In this document: one piece after another, positions 20,285-31,500 of the stretch | Numbering within the stretch: position 1 is the first letter of the stretch | Layout: each line of letters opens with the position of its first letter | Source of the DNA: Patescibacteria group bacterium | Lineage (GTDB): Bacteria > Patescibacteriota > WWE3 > 2-01-FULL-39-13 | Direction of reading: 5' to 3' | DNA: 64,000 bases | Assembly: GCA_048499955.1 (NCBI GenBank) | Contig: JASNYX010000001.1 | Location: 2,452-66,451 of the forward strand | Made by a program: the position numbers and the translations under genes | Notes under the pieces: generated by a model | The model's input: the letters and a program-made list of their open reading frames with translations, nothing else | What the model was told of the DNA's origin: nothing | The model's database searches: none

Positions 20285-22933
20285 TTAAAGCGGGAAGTTA
20301 AGGCTGATATTTTTATCAAAAACCCCTTCATATTGAATCGAGTTGTTATTGGTATTTATGGATGCAGATGGTTTGAAAACCCCGGGAACCCCAAGCGGAT
20401 AATCTAAGTTTACGGTTAGTGGAACATTACCCATAAAAGGGTTCTTTTGCGCTATTATGTGTAAATTTTTACTGTTCACGCTGTCGATTTCCGATGATTC
20501 GTAATTAAAACTTACAGTGCTGAAGCTATTTGATTTTATGATTAGCTCTGTTGAAAACATTGCTTTTCCGGAATAAGACTTCACCAAAACATTTCGTAGT
20601 ATATTTTTCTGCTCATTATCTTCAAACAAGTAGGCCTTATTCAAAAAAACTTCCTTGGGAAGCAACACTTTTACGTTTCGTACAACATCCTGTTGCCCTT
20701 TATTTTCTAAAACTATCGCTAATTCACGCGTATATTGGGCATTATCAGGTTTATTGCCTTTATATTGGAGTCTTACACTCAACAAGTCGGGATCTTCGGA
20801 TATGTTGGAAATTTCGTTGAAAGATGGTTCTATTGATACATAAAAGTAGTCGTCTCCAAGATTAAGAAGGTTACCGTCCCAGTTGTTTGAAGATAGAACG
20901 CTTCTGATTTGTTCGCTTTTATGGTTAAGTACCATCTTTTTAGAGGCGAGGCTTTGGAGAAGCATATTAGTTAGGTCAAATGTCATTCTTTCAGGTAGGC
21001 TTTCAATTAATTCTTTAAAATTCTTTGTCGGATCATTACCGGTATTTAGCTTTTGGCTCAAAGAAAGAAGAAAAGCTTCATCGATTAAAAGTACACCATC
21101 TACTGTTTCTCCTTTTGCATCTTTATATATTTGATAACCTTTTCCTGCCATATTACTGATATTCAGTTCTTCTGCTGATTTTTCAGGTTCAAGAAAGCGG
21201 GAGACATCATCGGTATCAAAATTGTTTAATTCAAGCTGGTCTTTTAGACTCTCTAGAGGTTGTAGATCCGACGCGGTAATTTTTCTGTTGTGCAGTTGAA
21301 GGATCGAGTAACTCTTATAGTGTGGAAAGCTAAGATTTCCGGTGACTTGATATGTGATAAGCAAATATTTTTTTTCTTCGCGGAGTCCGAAAAGTTCAGG
21401 CAAATGTTTTTCCAGATCGCTAAGGGCTTTAACATTATTCTTATTTGACAAAATTTCGTTATTTATTTTATTTACCCAAGAGGTTATCCAAGAGCCTTGT
21501 GATTTTATCGAATTAATATCGTTTTCAAGTGATTGCAAAGTTTCTATAGTGGAATCAAATTCGTTTACACTTGATTCCCCCAGTACGCGGTTATCTCCAC
21601 TTCCGGAGGCGTATGAAAGCAATCCTGTGGAAAGGGATTTAATTGCACGGGCTGATTTTCTGGAGGTGCTAACGAATAATGCTAAATCGTCATTTTTTGT
21701 GTGAAAGAGGCGACTTAGGGTTTTTATAAGAAAGGGAGGATTTCCTTCCGGAATGAATTTTAAAGCGGTTGAGCTTTCTTTTTCGGATTTTAAGACTTCA
21801 TAGTTGCTCAAATACTTAATGGATTGATCAAGGTGTGCGAGTCCTCTGCTTAGTTTAAAGGTATACAAGACCGATGGAGCCGCTAGCACGGCGATCAAGA
21901 TTAAGACTAGTCCGGCTATTTTCATGTTTGCAGTTTTTCGTTTTCTGCGTTGAGGTTTATTTTCTGCGATGGCAGTTTCAAAGACGTCTTCCTTTTGTAA
22001 ATCAGGAAAATTAGACGATCCGGGTGAAGTGTATTTGTCAAAAGTATGATTGTTTAAAACATATACAGGGGTATTGTCAGGCTCATCATATATATCCTGG
22101 GGATTATTTACGGAACTTGAATCCATATCGTATTCTTCGTCGGATGTTCCCAGTGCAGGGATCCCATAGATGTCCAGTAATTCCTTTAGCCCTTTTTCAA
22201 GATCTACTATTGGGTACCAGTTTTCGGGGTAGTTGGTGTCTACGTCAGCAACCATTGTTCTTTCGTAAACATCTTCTCGGTTTGAAAAATCTATTTTAGA
22301 AGGTAGCTCATTTAGGTCGTTAATAAAGTGAGCGAGCTCTATTTCTGTTATGGATTCCTCCGGAAGAAGGGTGAGATTTCTGACTCTAGCAGTTTGGGAG
22401 GAATTAGCAATATATTCAATTGACTTTATAAGGCCATCAAGAAAATCGTTCTCATGAATTAAGTAATATTCTCTGTTGTCATTCGTAACGTTCAAGGGAT
22501 CCCCGCTTACTATTGATTCAAGAAATTCAACTAGCTTATCGCAGGTATTAAGATTTTTCCCGTAGATTTCATCGATTAAAATCTGTGATGCTTTTACTTT
22601 TACCTGTGATGTATATGTATTTATGTAATCTAGATAAAGAGCTGTTGATGATTCAGATTCGCTCGACTCTTTGTATAGGAAGATAAAAGGAACATTAAGT
22701 TTTGCAGCTAGATCAATGAGATTTCTAATTTCCAGAAGATCAGCCTCTTGTGAATTTCTCACTGTGACGCCTAGAGCTGAGTTTGTGTCGATGACCGCTC
22801 CATACGATTTATGCGGGTCAAACTTGAAACTTGTGACATTGGAAATATCTTGGGAAAGGTAGTCCTTGTCGAGTAACGTATTATGCAGGTACTCAGATAT
22901 TTTATTGTTTCCCGAGATAAGGAAGTTGTTCAT
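20285..22933 (-). CDS. Large membrane protein: degenerate epimerase/SDR-like N-terminus, TM helix, DUF4012-like extracellular domain
   Basis: N-terminal FLISG... through NWYPIVDLEKGLK resembles an inactive SDR. After the TM come LPELFG..EKKYLL, VDGVLLID and NNWDG...DYFYV. Confidence 0.55.
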   Translation of the reverse strand: MNNFLISGNNKISEYLHNTLLDKDYLSQDISNVTSFKFDPHKSYGAVIDTNSALGVTVRNSQEADLLEIRNLIDLAAKLNVPFIFLYKESSESESSTALYLDYINTYTSQVKVKASQILIDEIYGKNLNTCDKLVEFLESIVSGDPLNVTNDNREYYLIHENDFLDGLIKSIEYIANSSQTARVRNLTLLPEESITEIELAHFINDLNELPSKIDFSNREDVYERTMVADVDTNYPENWYPIVDLEKGLKELLDIYGIPALGTSDEEYDMDSSSVNNPQDIYDEPDNTPVYVLNNHTFDKYTSPGSSNFPDLQKEDVFETAIAENKPQRRKRKTANMKIAGLVLILIAVLAAPSVLYTFKLSRGLAHLDQSIKYLSNYEVLKSEKESSTALKFIPEGNPPFLIKTLSRLFHTKNDDLALFVSTSRKSARAIKSLSTGLLSYASGSGDNRVLGESSVNEFDSTIETLQSLENDINSIKSQGSWITSWVNKINNEILSNKNNVKALSDLEKHLPELFGLREEKKYLLITYQVTGNLSFPHYKSYSILQLHNRKITASDLQPLESLKDQLELNNFDTDDVSRFLEPEKSAEELNISNMAGKGYQIYKDAKGETVDGVLLIDEAFLLSLSQKLNTGNDPTKNFKELIESLPERMTFDLTNMLLQSLASKKMVLNHKSEQIRSVLSSNNWDGNLLNLGDDYFYVSIEPSFNEISNISEDPDLLSVRLQYKGNKPDNAQYTRELAIVLENKGQQDVVRNVKVLLPKEVFLNKAYLFEDNEQKNILRNVLVKSYSGKAMFSTELIIKSNSFSTVSFNYESSEIDSVNSKNLHIIAQKNPFMGNVPLTVNLDYPLGVPGVFKPSASINTNNNSIQYEGVFDKNISLNFPL

Positions 22934-23049
22934 GGCAGGTGTTCAATTGTATGTATTAGTAAGTTTTCAGATTTAAATCTTGATTTAGTTTATCAACTTC
23001 TGCTCAAATATTGTATATCCGAAAAAGATGAATATACTTAGGTAGTCTT

Positions 23050-23469
23050 ATGGAACAATACAACTTATTCACAGATGGCGGATCTAGGGGTAACCCGGGG
23101 CCTGCAGCAATCGGAGGCTGTGTAGTCTCTTTAAATGGCGAGATCTTATTCACTTTCAAAGAATTCATCGGAATAACTACGAACAACGCGGCAGAGTACA
23201 AGGCATTAATTAACGGTCTTATGTTATCTCTAGATAACGAAATTAAAGAATTATCATGTTTTCTTGACAGCGAATTGGTGGTTAAGCAACTCAATGGGCA
23301 ATATAAAGTTAAAAGCCCCGATATCAAGATTTTGTATGATGAGGTAAAAACATTGTCCCGGAAATTTTCAAAGTTAAGTTTTTCACATGTTCCAAGATCA
23401 AAAAATTCTGTGGCAGATAAATTGGTCAACGAGGCATTGGATGCGGAACTTAAAGGATACAAAAATTAA
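23050..23469 (+). CDS. rnhA: Ribonuclease HI family protein
   Basis: TDGGSRGNPGPAA, TNNAAEY, DSELVVKQ and HVPRSKN..AD motifs. Confidence 0.95.
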   Translation: MEQYNLFTDGGSRGNPGPAAIGGCVVSLNGEILFTFKEFIGITTNNAAEYKALINGLMLSLDNEIKELSCFLDSELVVKQLNGQYKVKSPDIKILYDEVKTLSRKFSKLSFSHVPRSKNSVADKLVNEALDAELKGYKN

Positions 23470-23522
23470 CTTTTGATATGGTATCTTGTAATCAGGAAAT
23501 AACTTCTGTTAATATTCAGTTA

Positions 23523-25316
23523 ATGCCAATATTGAACAAAAAAATCAGACCCCCTTTTTATTTTTTAGTACTGTCTGCCTTTGTGCTGTTGTTGTTAGGC
23601 AGCAGTAGTCCTGCAAATGCCCAATACACAACCGGAAACATAGTGAGGAATGGAGGATTTACCGGTAGTGTAAGCGATTGGAATTTCAACACAGATACGG
23701 GAGATACATTTACGGTGTTAAAAGGTGGATATCAGGATAGTGACGTAGGAAGAGTAACAATAAAGGCAACGCCTTCAAGCACTCAGGCGAAAGCTCAGGT
23801 ATATCAATTTGGGATGACGTTAAGAGCTCAGACCGAATACACTTTGAGATTCATGGCAAGGTCATCAAGAGCACATAACATAGGGACAGCAGTACACAAC
23901 CATGATTCACCATATACGAACTATGGATTATCAGAGACGGTTGCTTTGACTACAGGATGGAAAGAGTATGTATATAAGTTTAGGACAACGAATAGTTCAT
24001 CGGTAAGTAATGCAAGAGTGAGATTTTTAATGAGTGGCTCAAGAGCGGGAGATACTATAGATATAGAGGGCGTGTATTTAGGTTTAAGTTCACAGGCAAT
24101 GATAACGCCGACACCAACTCCAACTCCAACGCCCACCCCAATTCAATCATCGAAGAGGAGTGTAAGCGGATTACAAGCACTTTACTACTTCACTGAGAAA
24201 ACAGGTAAAGTGATTTACGATAGATCCGGAAATGGTGTTGATTTGAACATTTCAGTTGATACTTCTGTGGCATGTACAGTTGATGGAGCTTTAAGGCTCT
24301 ACGACAAAACCGAAGTTGCCGCTATTCCGGAAAAAGCCGCGAGATTGTCGAACGCAATTAAACAATCCGGGGAATTCACACTTGAAGCTTGGGTAAAACC
24401 CGGAAGCTTAGGTCAGGGGTGGAATATCGTTGGATTAGCTAATCATGGAGACGATGTAAATTTCGCACTGCGACAAATTCCTACGGATTTCTATTCTTTA
24501 AGACTCAGATCTTCTGAGACGAGTGCGAATGGCCTTCCCGCATATAACTCAACAAGAAAGGTTACAGCTAATAATTACGATCATTTAGTGGTTACCAGAA
24601 ATAAATCCGGTATGGTGACCTATTATATAAATGGCACGAAAGTAAATGAAGCGACTGTTGGAGGAAATCTTTCAAATTGGGGCAATGGGTTTAGATTTAT
24701 GTTAGGTGATATAACCGGTGATAATCTTGGTAATGTATCTATCTTACCGGTTTCAACACCAACTCCGACGCCTACACCTACGCCTAGTGCGACACCAAAC
24801 CCTACTGTTACGCCGACACCTACTCCGACGCCTACACCTAGTGGAGTTCAGGCAGTTGGGACAAATTTAATGCCGAATCCCGGATTTGAGTCATCATTAG
24901 GTAGTGACTATGGAAACCATGGAAGTGCAGTTTTTACACATGATAGTGTCAGAAATCGCACGTCCGGAGGCAAGAGATCGTTAAAGATAGTTTCAAATGA
25001 TACCGGATTAACAAGATGGTATAACGCGATTACTAGAGTTACAGCCATTCCTGAATCTAGATATGAGGCTAAAGTTTATGTGAACGTTGCAAGCTTATCC
25101 AATAACGTCAAACTATCCGTTACTTATTGGGATAAAGATCGTGTTTACATAAAAACCTTTGAATCCACTCCTATTGTAAAGACAACAGGAAGTTCATGGG
25201 CATTACTAACGGTTAACTCTACGGCACCAACAAACGCCGCTTATGCCAGACTCGAAATGAGGCTAACCGGTAAAGGTACTGTTTACTTTGATGATATTTC
25301 GTTCGTACCCAGGTAA
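23523..25316 (+). CDS. Secreted protein with CBM4/9-like, LamG-like and second CBM-like domains joined by Pro-Thr linkers
   Basis: Signal peptide ending ANA-Q, NIVRNGGF and NLMPNPGFE CBM starts, FTLEAWVKP...HLVVT...YINGT (LamG), and (TP)n linkers. The ORF track starts at 23478. Confidence 0.75.
   Translation: MPILNKKIRPPFYFLVLSAFVLLLLGSSSPANAQYTTGNIVRNGGFTGSVSDWNFNTDTGDTFTVLKGGYQDSDVGRVTIKATPSSTQAKAQVYQFGMTLRAQTEYTLRFMARSSRAHNIGTAVHNHDSPYTNYGLSETVALTTGWKEYVYKFRTTNSSSVSNARVRFLMSGSRAGDTIDIEGVYLGLSSQAMITPTPTPTPTPTPIQSSKRSVSGLQALYYFTEKTGKVIYDRSGNGVDLNISVDTSVACTVDGALRLYDKTEVAAIPEKAARLSNAIKQSGEFTLEAWVKPGSLGQGWNIVGLANHGDDVNFALRQIPTDFYSLRLRSSETSANGLPAYNSTRKVTANNYDHLVVTRNKSGMVTYYINGTKVNEATVGGNLSNWGNGFRFMLGDITGDNLGNVSILPVSTPTPTPTPTPSATPNPTVTPTPTPTPTPSGVQAVGTNLMPNPGFESSLGSDYGNHGSAVFTHDSVRNRTSGGKRSLKIVSNDTGLTRWYNAITRVTAIPESRYEAKVYVNVASLSNNVKLSVTYWDKDRVYIKTFESTPIVKTTGSSWALLTVNSTAPTNAAYARLEMRLTGKGTVYFDDISFVPR
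24104..24140 (+). repeat. Pro-Thr coding tandem repeat (linker 1)
   Basis: ACGCCG/ACACCA/ACTCCA hexamer repeats. Confidence 0.8.
24756..24840 (+). repeat. Pro-Thr coding tandem repeat (linker 2)
   Basis: ACTCCGACGCCTACACCT occurs twice within a (TP)n tract. Confidence 0.8.
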
Positions 25317-25347
25317 GAATAACGCCAGGTACTGAAAATTCTTAATA

Positions 25348-25377
25348 GCTCCTTCCCGGTGAAAGCCGGGAAAGAGT
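25348..25377 (+). terminator. Hairpin after the CBM/LamG gene
   Basis: TTCCCGGT-GAAA-GCCGGGAA. No U-tract, so it may be a stabiliser rather than a terminator. Confidence 0.55.
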
Positions 25378-25442
25378 TCCCCGATCACAGATTTCATAAA
25401 AAAGTTATGTTGTTGAAATTTTGCTACAATTAAATAGTAATT

Positions 25443-26039
25443 ATGAAATCAAGACTCCCTGCTGCTCCACAAGGGGTAACCCTTATAGAGCTCATGATTG
25501 CCATTGCTATCATCATATTGCTTACCGCAATTACAGTCCCCGGTTTTAGCGGATTTGCCCGATCCAGGGAATTCCAAAGATCTTCAGATACCTTCATTGC
25601 CGACCTCAGATCAACCCAAGGGAAAGCCCAGTCAGGAGTTCGATATGCAACCGGTGGTTTTATGAATCATGCTGACGACACTTGGGGACTTACTTTTTAC
25701 TGTTCACCGAGTTCAGGGCAAACCGGTAAATACGATATTATTTATAGGTTCAATGATCCCAACGGTGACGGATCCACTGCGGATAGGCGTACGGAAATTG
25801 TTGCTTCAAGGGTATTAGACGGAAAATCGCTTGCGAATCCCGAACTCTCCGAATTCTTATTTCAATGCTCTCCTGCCGGATTTAGAATCCTATATTTTGA
25901 AAGACTAACGGGTTTAGGGTGGCGTGGTTTTGGTAATTTTAGTTCTGCCTCATTTGTCACATTTCAAATAAGAGACCGTATTTCCAACCGCACACGAAAC
26001 ATAACTATTAATCGTAATGGGAAGTTTGAAGTAAATTAA
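25443..26039 (+). CDS. Type IV minor pilin (FimT/FimU-like)
   Basis: Class III signal peptide G|VTLIELM followed by a hydrophobic helix. Confidence 0.85.
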   Translation: MKSRLPAAPQGVTLIELMIAIAIIILLTAITVPGFSGFARSREFQRSSDTFIADLRSTQGKAQSGVRYATGGFMNHADDTWGLTFYCSPSSGQTGKYDIIYRFNDPNGDGSTADRRTEIVASRVLDGKSLANPELSEFLFQCSPAGFRILYFERLTGLGWRGFGNFSSASFVTFQIRDRISNRTRNITINRNGKFEVN

Positions 26040-26053
26040 TTATAATAGGTTTA

Positions 26054-26590
26054 ATGCCGAATACTGCTGATTTTAAATTGATCAAGAAAAACTTAAAGGG
26101 TATAACAATAGTCGAGGTTCTTATTTCGGTTACTTTGGCTGTTATGGTAATTACAGCATTAATGGTTTTGAGTGCCGCTACCACAAAAATCAACTCATCG
26201 TCTTTAAGAAGAGTGCAAGCAACTCGTATTGCGACTTTGGCACTAGAGGCAGTTAGATTTTATAGAGATAAAGAATCATATAATGCATTTCCATCGGGAA
26301 CTGTATGCTATACGGTTCCTCAGGACCTTTTGGATCCGACTAAAGCAGATGTTGAAGCATTACCCGGTAATGCAAATACTCCGATTGTTTTGACTGATTG
26401 CTCTACCTTTGCTGATGTACAACTCGAAGGCGCGAGTTTTCAAAGAAAAATCCAAGTTAACCCTGAGGTTTCCGGCTCGAGTTCCAGAAGAATAACAGTA
26501 ATCGTTCGGTGGGAAGAATCTGTCGGTACGAATGAGGGTGGAACTTTTTATCAACAAGTGGCTTTAAATACTATTTTAGGAAATTGGTAA
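26054..26590 (+). CDS. Type IV minor pilin (PilV-like)
   Basis: KG|ITIVEVL; C-terminal FQRKI...RITVIVRW. Confidence 0.85.
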   Translation: MPNTADFKLIKKNLKGITIVEVLISVTLAVMVITALMVLSAATTKINSSSLRRVQATRIATLALEAVRFYRDKESYNAFPSGTVCYTVPQDLLDPTKADVEALPGNANTPIVLTDCSTFADVQLEGASFQRKIQVNPEVSGSSSRRITVIVRWEESVGTNEGGTFYQQVALNTILGNW

Positions 26591-27159
26591 TGATACATTA
26601 CATTGCAAAAAATAAAAAAAGAGCATTTACCCTTATAGAAATGACTATGGCCATTGGACTACTTGCCATGTCCCTTAGTATTACAGGAGGTGTTCTTCTT
26701 TCGGTTGTGAAAAATTTTCAAAAGCAAAATGCTCTCAAAGAGGTTGAGCGTAACGGTGACTTTGTAATTAAGTTACTTGAAGAAAACGTTCGGAAAGCCA
26801 GCTATATATATGTTGATCCAAGCAATTATATGCTTTTGCATATTTCAAGTGTTAGTGGGAGCAGTTATGATGGTAAGTATATAGGGTTTGTAGATCATGC
26901 AGGAACTCCGGACTGCAATGGAAATGATAATTATATGTTTAGTACTTTGGATAGCCTAACCGGACACACTGATAACGCCAATAAAATCACAAATGATACT
27001 CCGGATGGTGTGTTTATTGATCCAAGCACCTTCGAAATAAGAGTGTTTGATCAATTTAAGCCTACTCAGGTATTTGTGCGAATAATAATGCATAGCTGTG
27101 CTGATCCCACAGTTAGTAAAGATTTCCAAACTTTCATTACTGCCAGAGGAACTTATTAA
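26590..27159 (+). CDS. Type IV minor pilin (PilW-like)
   Basis: RA|FTLIEMT. The ATG overlaps the upstream TAA (TAATG). Confidence 0.85.
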   Translation: MIHYIAKNKKRAFTLIEMTMAIGLLAMSLSITGGVLLSVVKNFQKQNALKEVERNGDFVIKLLEENVRKASYIYVDPSNYMLLHISSVSGSSYDGKYIGFVDHAGTPDCNGNDNYMFSTLDSLTGHTDNANKITNDTPDGVFIDPSTFEIRVFDQFKPTQVFVRIIMHSCADPTVSKDFQTFITARGTY

Positions 27160-27161
27160 AT

Positions 27162-27968
27162 ATGACTGATCTTTTGGGAAACAAAAACCAAATAACTCAT
27201 CCACAAGGGCAAGCAACTCTTATTTTCGTCATGGTTACCATGATTGCAGTGTTGGGGATTGCTACCGCAAGTTCGTCTCAGTCGGGCATAAATCTTAGAA
27301 ATACTGTTTATTCGGTACAATCTGAGCAAGCATTATCTTGTGCCGAAGCGGGAGTTGAGAAGCTTCTGGCTCAGTATAGTGGGACAGATACTCCTTTCGC
27401 CTTAGGGGAGGTCATTAATGATGTTGGTACACTTTCTGAAAGTGGTTGTACTTATAGCGCCAGCATACGAAATTTTCCCATTGCTGGAGTGATACACATC
27501 CGTAGACTGGAAGAAAACCATGTTCAGCAACTCGTCAATACTTCACCGGTTACTTTAAACAGTGTCAATATTTTCATGGATCCTCTAAACTCGATTCCGA
27601 CCCGATTTGGTCAGCTTGCAGTGTATATATATCAGCCAAGCGGGATAGTAAACAGAAGAATGCTCCATTGCGGGGATGTTCCTGCTCCTACAGATTTTGA
27701 AACCCCGGTGGCTCCTTCTCCGGATGGTATTTGTAGACATATCGCCTTAGGCCCCATTCCCTCAGGTTCTTTTGTGAGATTCAGAGCACTGAAAAACGAT
27801 TTTAGTATAAGAGTTGGAGGTTGGAGCCGTTCCGGTAATGGTGTTCCCACCGGCTACTACATTAGATCTATTGGAACTTCCGGGAGTGTGGAACGAACTG
27901 TTAGTGCTACCCGATTTTATAGGCAATTACCTGCTTTTTTTGATGAAGCAGTTGTAATTCTGGATTAA
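27162..27968 (+). CDS. PilX-like minor pilin
   Basis: G|QATLIF lacking Glu5, ALSCAEAGVE and IRSIGTSG. Fourth gene of the cluster. Confidence 0.8.
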   Translation: MTDLLGNKNQITHPQGQATLIFVMVTMIAVLGIATASSSQSGINLRNTVYSVQSEQALSCAEAGVEKLLAQYSGTDTPFALGEVINDVGTLSESGCTYSASIRNFPIAGVIHIRRLEENHVQQLVNTSPVTLNSVNIFMDPLNSIPTRFGQLAVYIYQPSGIVNRRMLHCGDVPAPTDFETPVAPSPDGICRHIALGPIPSGSFVRFRALKNDFSIRVGGWSRSGNGVPTGYYIRSIGTSGSVERTVSATRFYRQLPAFFDEAVVILD

Positions 27969-27988
27969 CCTATAATATAAATTTATAC

Positions 27989-28022
27989 TTGACCCTTATC
28001 ACTCTCGGTGCTAGATTGACAG
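27989..28022 (+). promoter_or_regulatory. hsp20 promoter overlapped by a degenerate CIRCE (HrcA operator)
   Basis: TTGACC-17-TAGATT promoter. TTATCACTC-N9-GATTGACAG versus the CIRCE consensus TTAGCACTC-N9-GAGTGCTAA. Confidence 0.5.
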
Positions 28023-28108
28023 TGTAGTTGATATTTCCAAAAAACCTAAGACGTTATGGAAATACTTCATTCCCGTATTTCCTATAATTACTTAAGGTTT
28101 TAGATCAT

Positions 28109-28537
28109 ATGATGTTAGTCAGAGATAAAAGAAACCGGCCGTTGGTGCCCTGGTTCAATTTCCCTAGTGTATTTGAAGACTTTGATCTGGATATTAGGCC
28201 CTCTGATTCAGGTCTCAATATGTGGGAAGATGATGAAAAAAATAAAATAATGGTAAGGGCAGCTTTACCCGGAATGAATGAAGACGATATAGATGTACAG
28301 GTTAAAGATGGCCTTCTTACGATAAGAGCGAATAAAGAAGACAGAACAGATAAAGAAGTCGAAGGGAAAAAAGTTCACTCATGGTCAATGAAATCAAGCT
28401 ATTACTACAGCACAGTATTACCGGGGAGTGCGAGCAACGAAGTAGATGCAAATCTTGAAGATGGAGTGCTGACTTTGGAAATCGCCAAGTCCGAAGAATC
28501 TAAGCCCAAGAAGATTCAAGTAAAAAGATCAAAGTAA
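28109..28537 (+). CDS. Hsp20/alpha-crystallin small heat shock protein
   Basis: AALPGMNEDDIDV, ANLEDGVLTLEI and C-terminal KKIQV (IxI/V) motif. Confidence 0.95.
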   Translation: MMLVRDKRNRPLVPWFNFPSVFEDFDLDIRPSDSGLNMWEDDEKNKIMVRAALPGMNEDDIDVQVKDGLLTIRANKEDRTDKEVEGKKVHSWSMKSSYYYSTVLPGSASNEVDANLEDGVLTLEIAKSEESKPKKIQVKRSK

Positions 28538-28548
28538 ATAAATAGTGA

Positions 28549-28583
28549 AGGGGTGCCTCTACCAAGTACAGGTGCCCCTCTTT
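28549..28583. terminator. Terminator hairpin between convergent genes
   Basis: AGGGGTGCCT-N11-AGGTGCCCCT-CTTT. Confidence 0.65.
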
Positions 28584-31500
28584 AAAGTTTCATTGTGAGA
28601 AGCTTCTGTTCGTATTTCACTCTAATTCTTTTTAGCTCGTCCTGTACTTTTCGAGGAACTTCTTTGCTGTTTCTCAGTAAATGAGCGTTCTTTTTTGCAA
28701 GTATTTCCAATTCTGATTGTATTTGTGATTTTAATGTTGCTTTTTCTTGTGGCGTTAGGGCGTGGAGAAGAACTTCCCATTTTACTTCTTCATATTCAGG
28801 ATCATTCACAATTCTGCTATTAAATTCGTTTTCGTTATCGAATTCTATATTTTGTTTGAGGAGATTTCTTAGTTGTGAAGCATCTGATTGTAAGGTTAGC
28901 TTTTGAGGGGTCTCATTTTTTGCAGTTTGAGATGAGGTAAAGGATGTCCCGCTTCCAGTGTAACCAGGCATAAAGTCCATTGTGTCGCATAGTCCACTTT
29001 CGCCGACAGTCGCAGGAATTCTCTTTTCTTCTGACAGTGGAGGAGTAAGCATCCTTTGGTGGAGGCAGTAACCGCTCACTTGTGGCTGTTCGAATAGGTA
29101 GTACTCAACATACATAGTTCTTACGTCATCATTCGGGTTACTGAAACCTACATATTGTACTCGGTCTTCATCAAGTGCCTGTGCAGCACTTGATGCACCG
29201 GGTAAAGCCTTGTCAGTTTCAACTTTGTTAATTCCCAATGTTAGTGAGACCGCTTGTTTTGCACTCTGAGGAGTGAAATATCTATCAGTGAAATTCGGAA
29301 GGCTGAACATTGCATCATTTGCATCCATGTGTTTTAGTCCTCTGCCGACCATATCTCCTGTTAATGGATCCGGATAAGTATAGATGAGGTAATGCCTCGA
29401 ATTGAATTTACATATAACTTGGTCAGGGTCAGTTCCGATCACTGCACCTGTTGCATCATAAATAGTTCGTCCATCTTCAACATCACAATTAAGGATTGTG
29501 GATCCAACGAGGGAAGTTACTAGTCCTCCAAGCCAGCTACTTAGGTTCGGGATACTGAAATTCCAATCGGCATCATCGGAAAACGGCAATCTTTCTTCAA
29601 TTCTCGTATTTGCTCGACATTCACCATCAACACATTCTCGTGCTTCTACTAACTCGTTAGCCATAATTTTCTGACAAAGTGCAGGAGGTGCCCATGATTC
29701 ACATACCCTACAATCGATTGGAGGCAATGGTCTATCATCAACAAATTGGCAATGCTCGCCTTCGCATCTGCATGATGCGGTTTGGCTACATCCCGGAACC
29801 CAAGGGGCGTTACTATGATCAATAACAAAGTTGACTTCAAATTTTCCTTCCTGCCTTGGTGTTACAGGTACGGGGCACATATCGCTGATAGATAAGCCGT
29901 ACTGTTCCTTTTCAGTTCCGTCTGGTACATATTTAGGCATCGCACCGGATTGAATAGGACTGCTACAACTTCCGATTTTTATCCCATCAAGGAAGTATTC
30001 AACAGTCCACGAGTAATCAAATAGGTACGGACAGCTCCACGGTTGGGTATCCCAAGCTTTCACTCCATAAGAGTCACCTTTATTTTCTATAAGCAAGCTC
30101 ATATTCTGACAGCCCGGGGATGTTACGGATTGGTATGATCCGTTATTCAATTGTTCTTCATCAACCGCATTTGCGGATGATGGGTACATCAAGCTTTGAA
30201 AGTTATTTGTAGTGTTTGTAGTGTTTACTTTTGGAGGCTCGTATTGAGGCCGTTTGTTCACATTCGACAATACTTCTTCCCTACTAACGTTGGAAAATTG
30301 CACGTCACCACTATCCGCAAGTTGGTTCCCGGGAAGATAAGTTTCGTGGCGAGTGTAGTAACCCTTTCTTGTTCCACCCAACCCAAAATTTGCGAGTCTC
30401 TCTGTTACATATTCATAAAGATTTCCTGTATCTTGAAGTTCCGGAGGTTCCTCATAGAGCATTTGTCCTGTAAATGAAAACAACCTTCCAAAAGACACGC
30501 ATTCAGATTCATCTGCACCTGAATGGCAGTAAAAAGATTCACTATCTCTATCTGCGGGGTTGTACACAACATCTTTTTTCAGACATCTAAATGCAGTTGC
30601 TACATCATCTCCCGGATCAGGTTCTAGATCCGGATCGCATCCAATTCTTTGAATACAAGCGTTAAATCTTAGTACCGGCATGTCAGCCATAAGCCCATAA
30701 GTAGTTTCTCCACTCTCGGTTTTAGTACTAATTCTTCTCCATCTTTCGCTCAAACTTTCATATGTTTCCCCTGATTCCCATTCGATATCAGGTTGTTCTC
30801 CTACTCCATATGGGGGGCTATACGGCTTATAATTAGGGATATTCATAGAAAGGTAAGGGATATTTGCATGTTCCATTTTTGTTCTTTTTTGTATCGAATG
30901 AACCCCGTCGCCCATTGATCCGAACATTGATTTTGCCATTTGTGAAAAATTAGTATGATCATAAGAAGCGGTTAAACTCATTTCAGCAGAAAGCCATCTT
31001 GCTAAATCTCCAATACTATCTCCATCTTCTTTGTCGTTAACTACTGATTCAAGGCTAAAAGGCGGAAAGCCATTATGTCCAACGACTTCTCCTCTGTATC
31101 CAACCCAATCCATATCGATAGGACCTCCACAGAATTTACGATAGTCGTTCTGCATACGACACATTTCAATATTTGTAGCGTATCCTATTACGTTGCCAAA
31201 ACTATCTACGCAAGGTTGATACATCGCACATTGTATTTCGCTCACTGCATATCCCATAAAATTCCCATCTGGTGTCATGCATCTTACAAAAGAGTTTGCT
31301 AACAAAAGTGCTATTTGCTCCGGAGTTAATGGGTGACCGGCTAAATATTCAAGAAGTGCTAACCATGCCAACTTAGGTTGTAAATTAGCATCCAATAAAC
31401 CAAAACCAGGGTTTTGGGCGTCAGAAAACCCATACCACATGACAGAATTAAGTTGGCTACCGCTTAGTAATTGTTGCAAACTGAATACTTGGGCTAGCCA

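Noticed and set aside
24104-24840. Short repeats as a possible CRISPR array
   Set aside because: They are in-frame Pro-Thr codon repeats with no spacers. No CRISPR array or cas gene was seen in the window.
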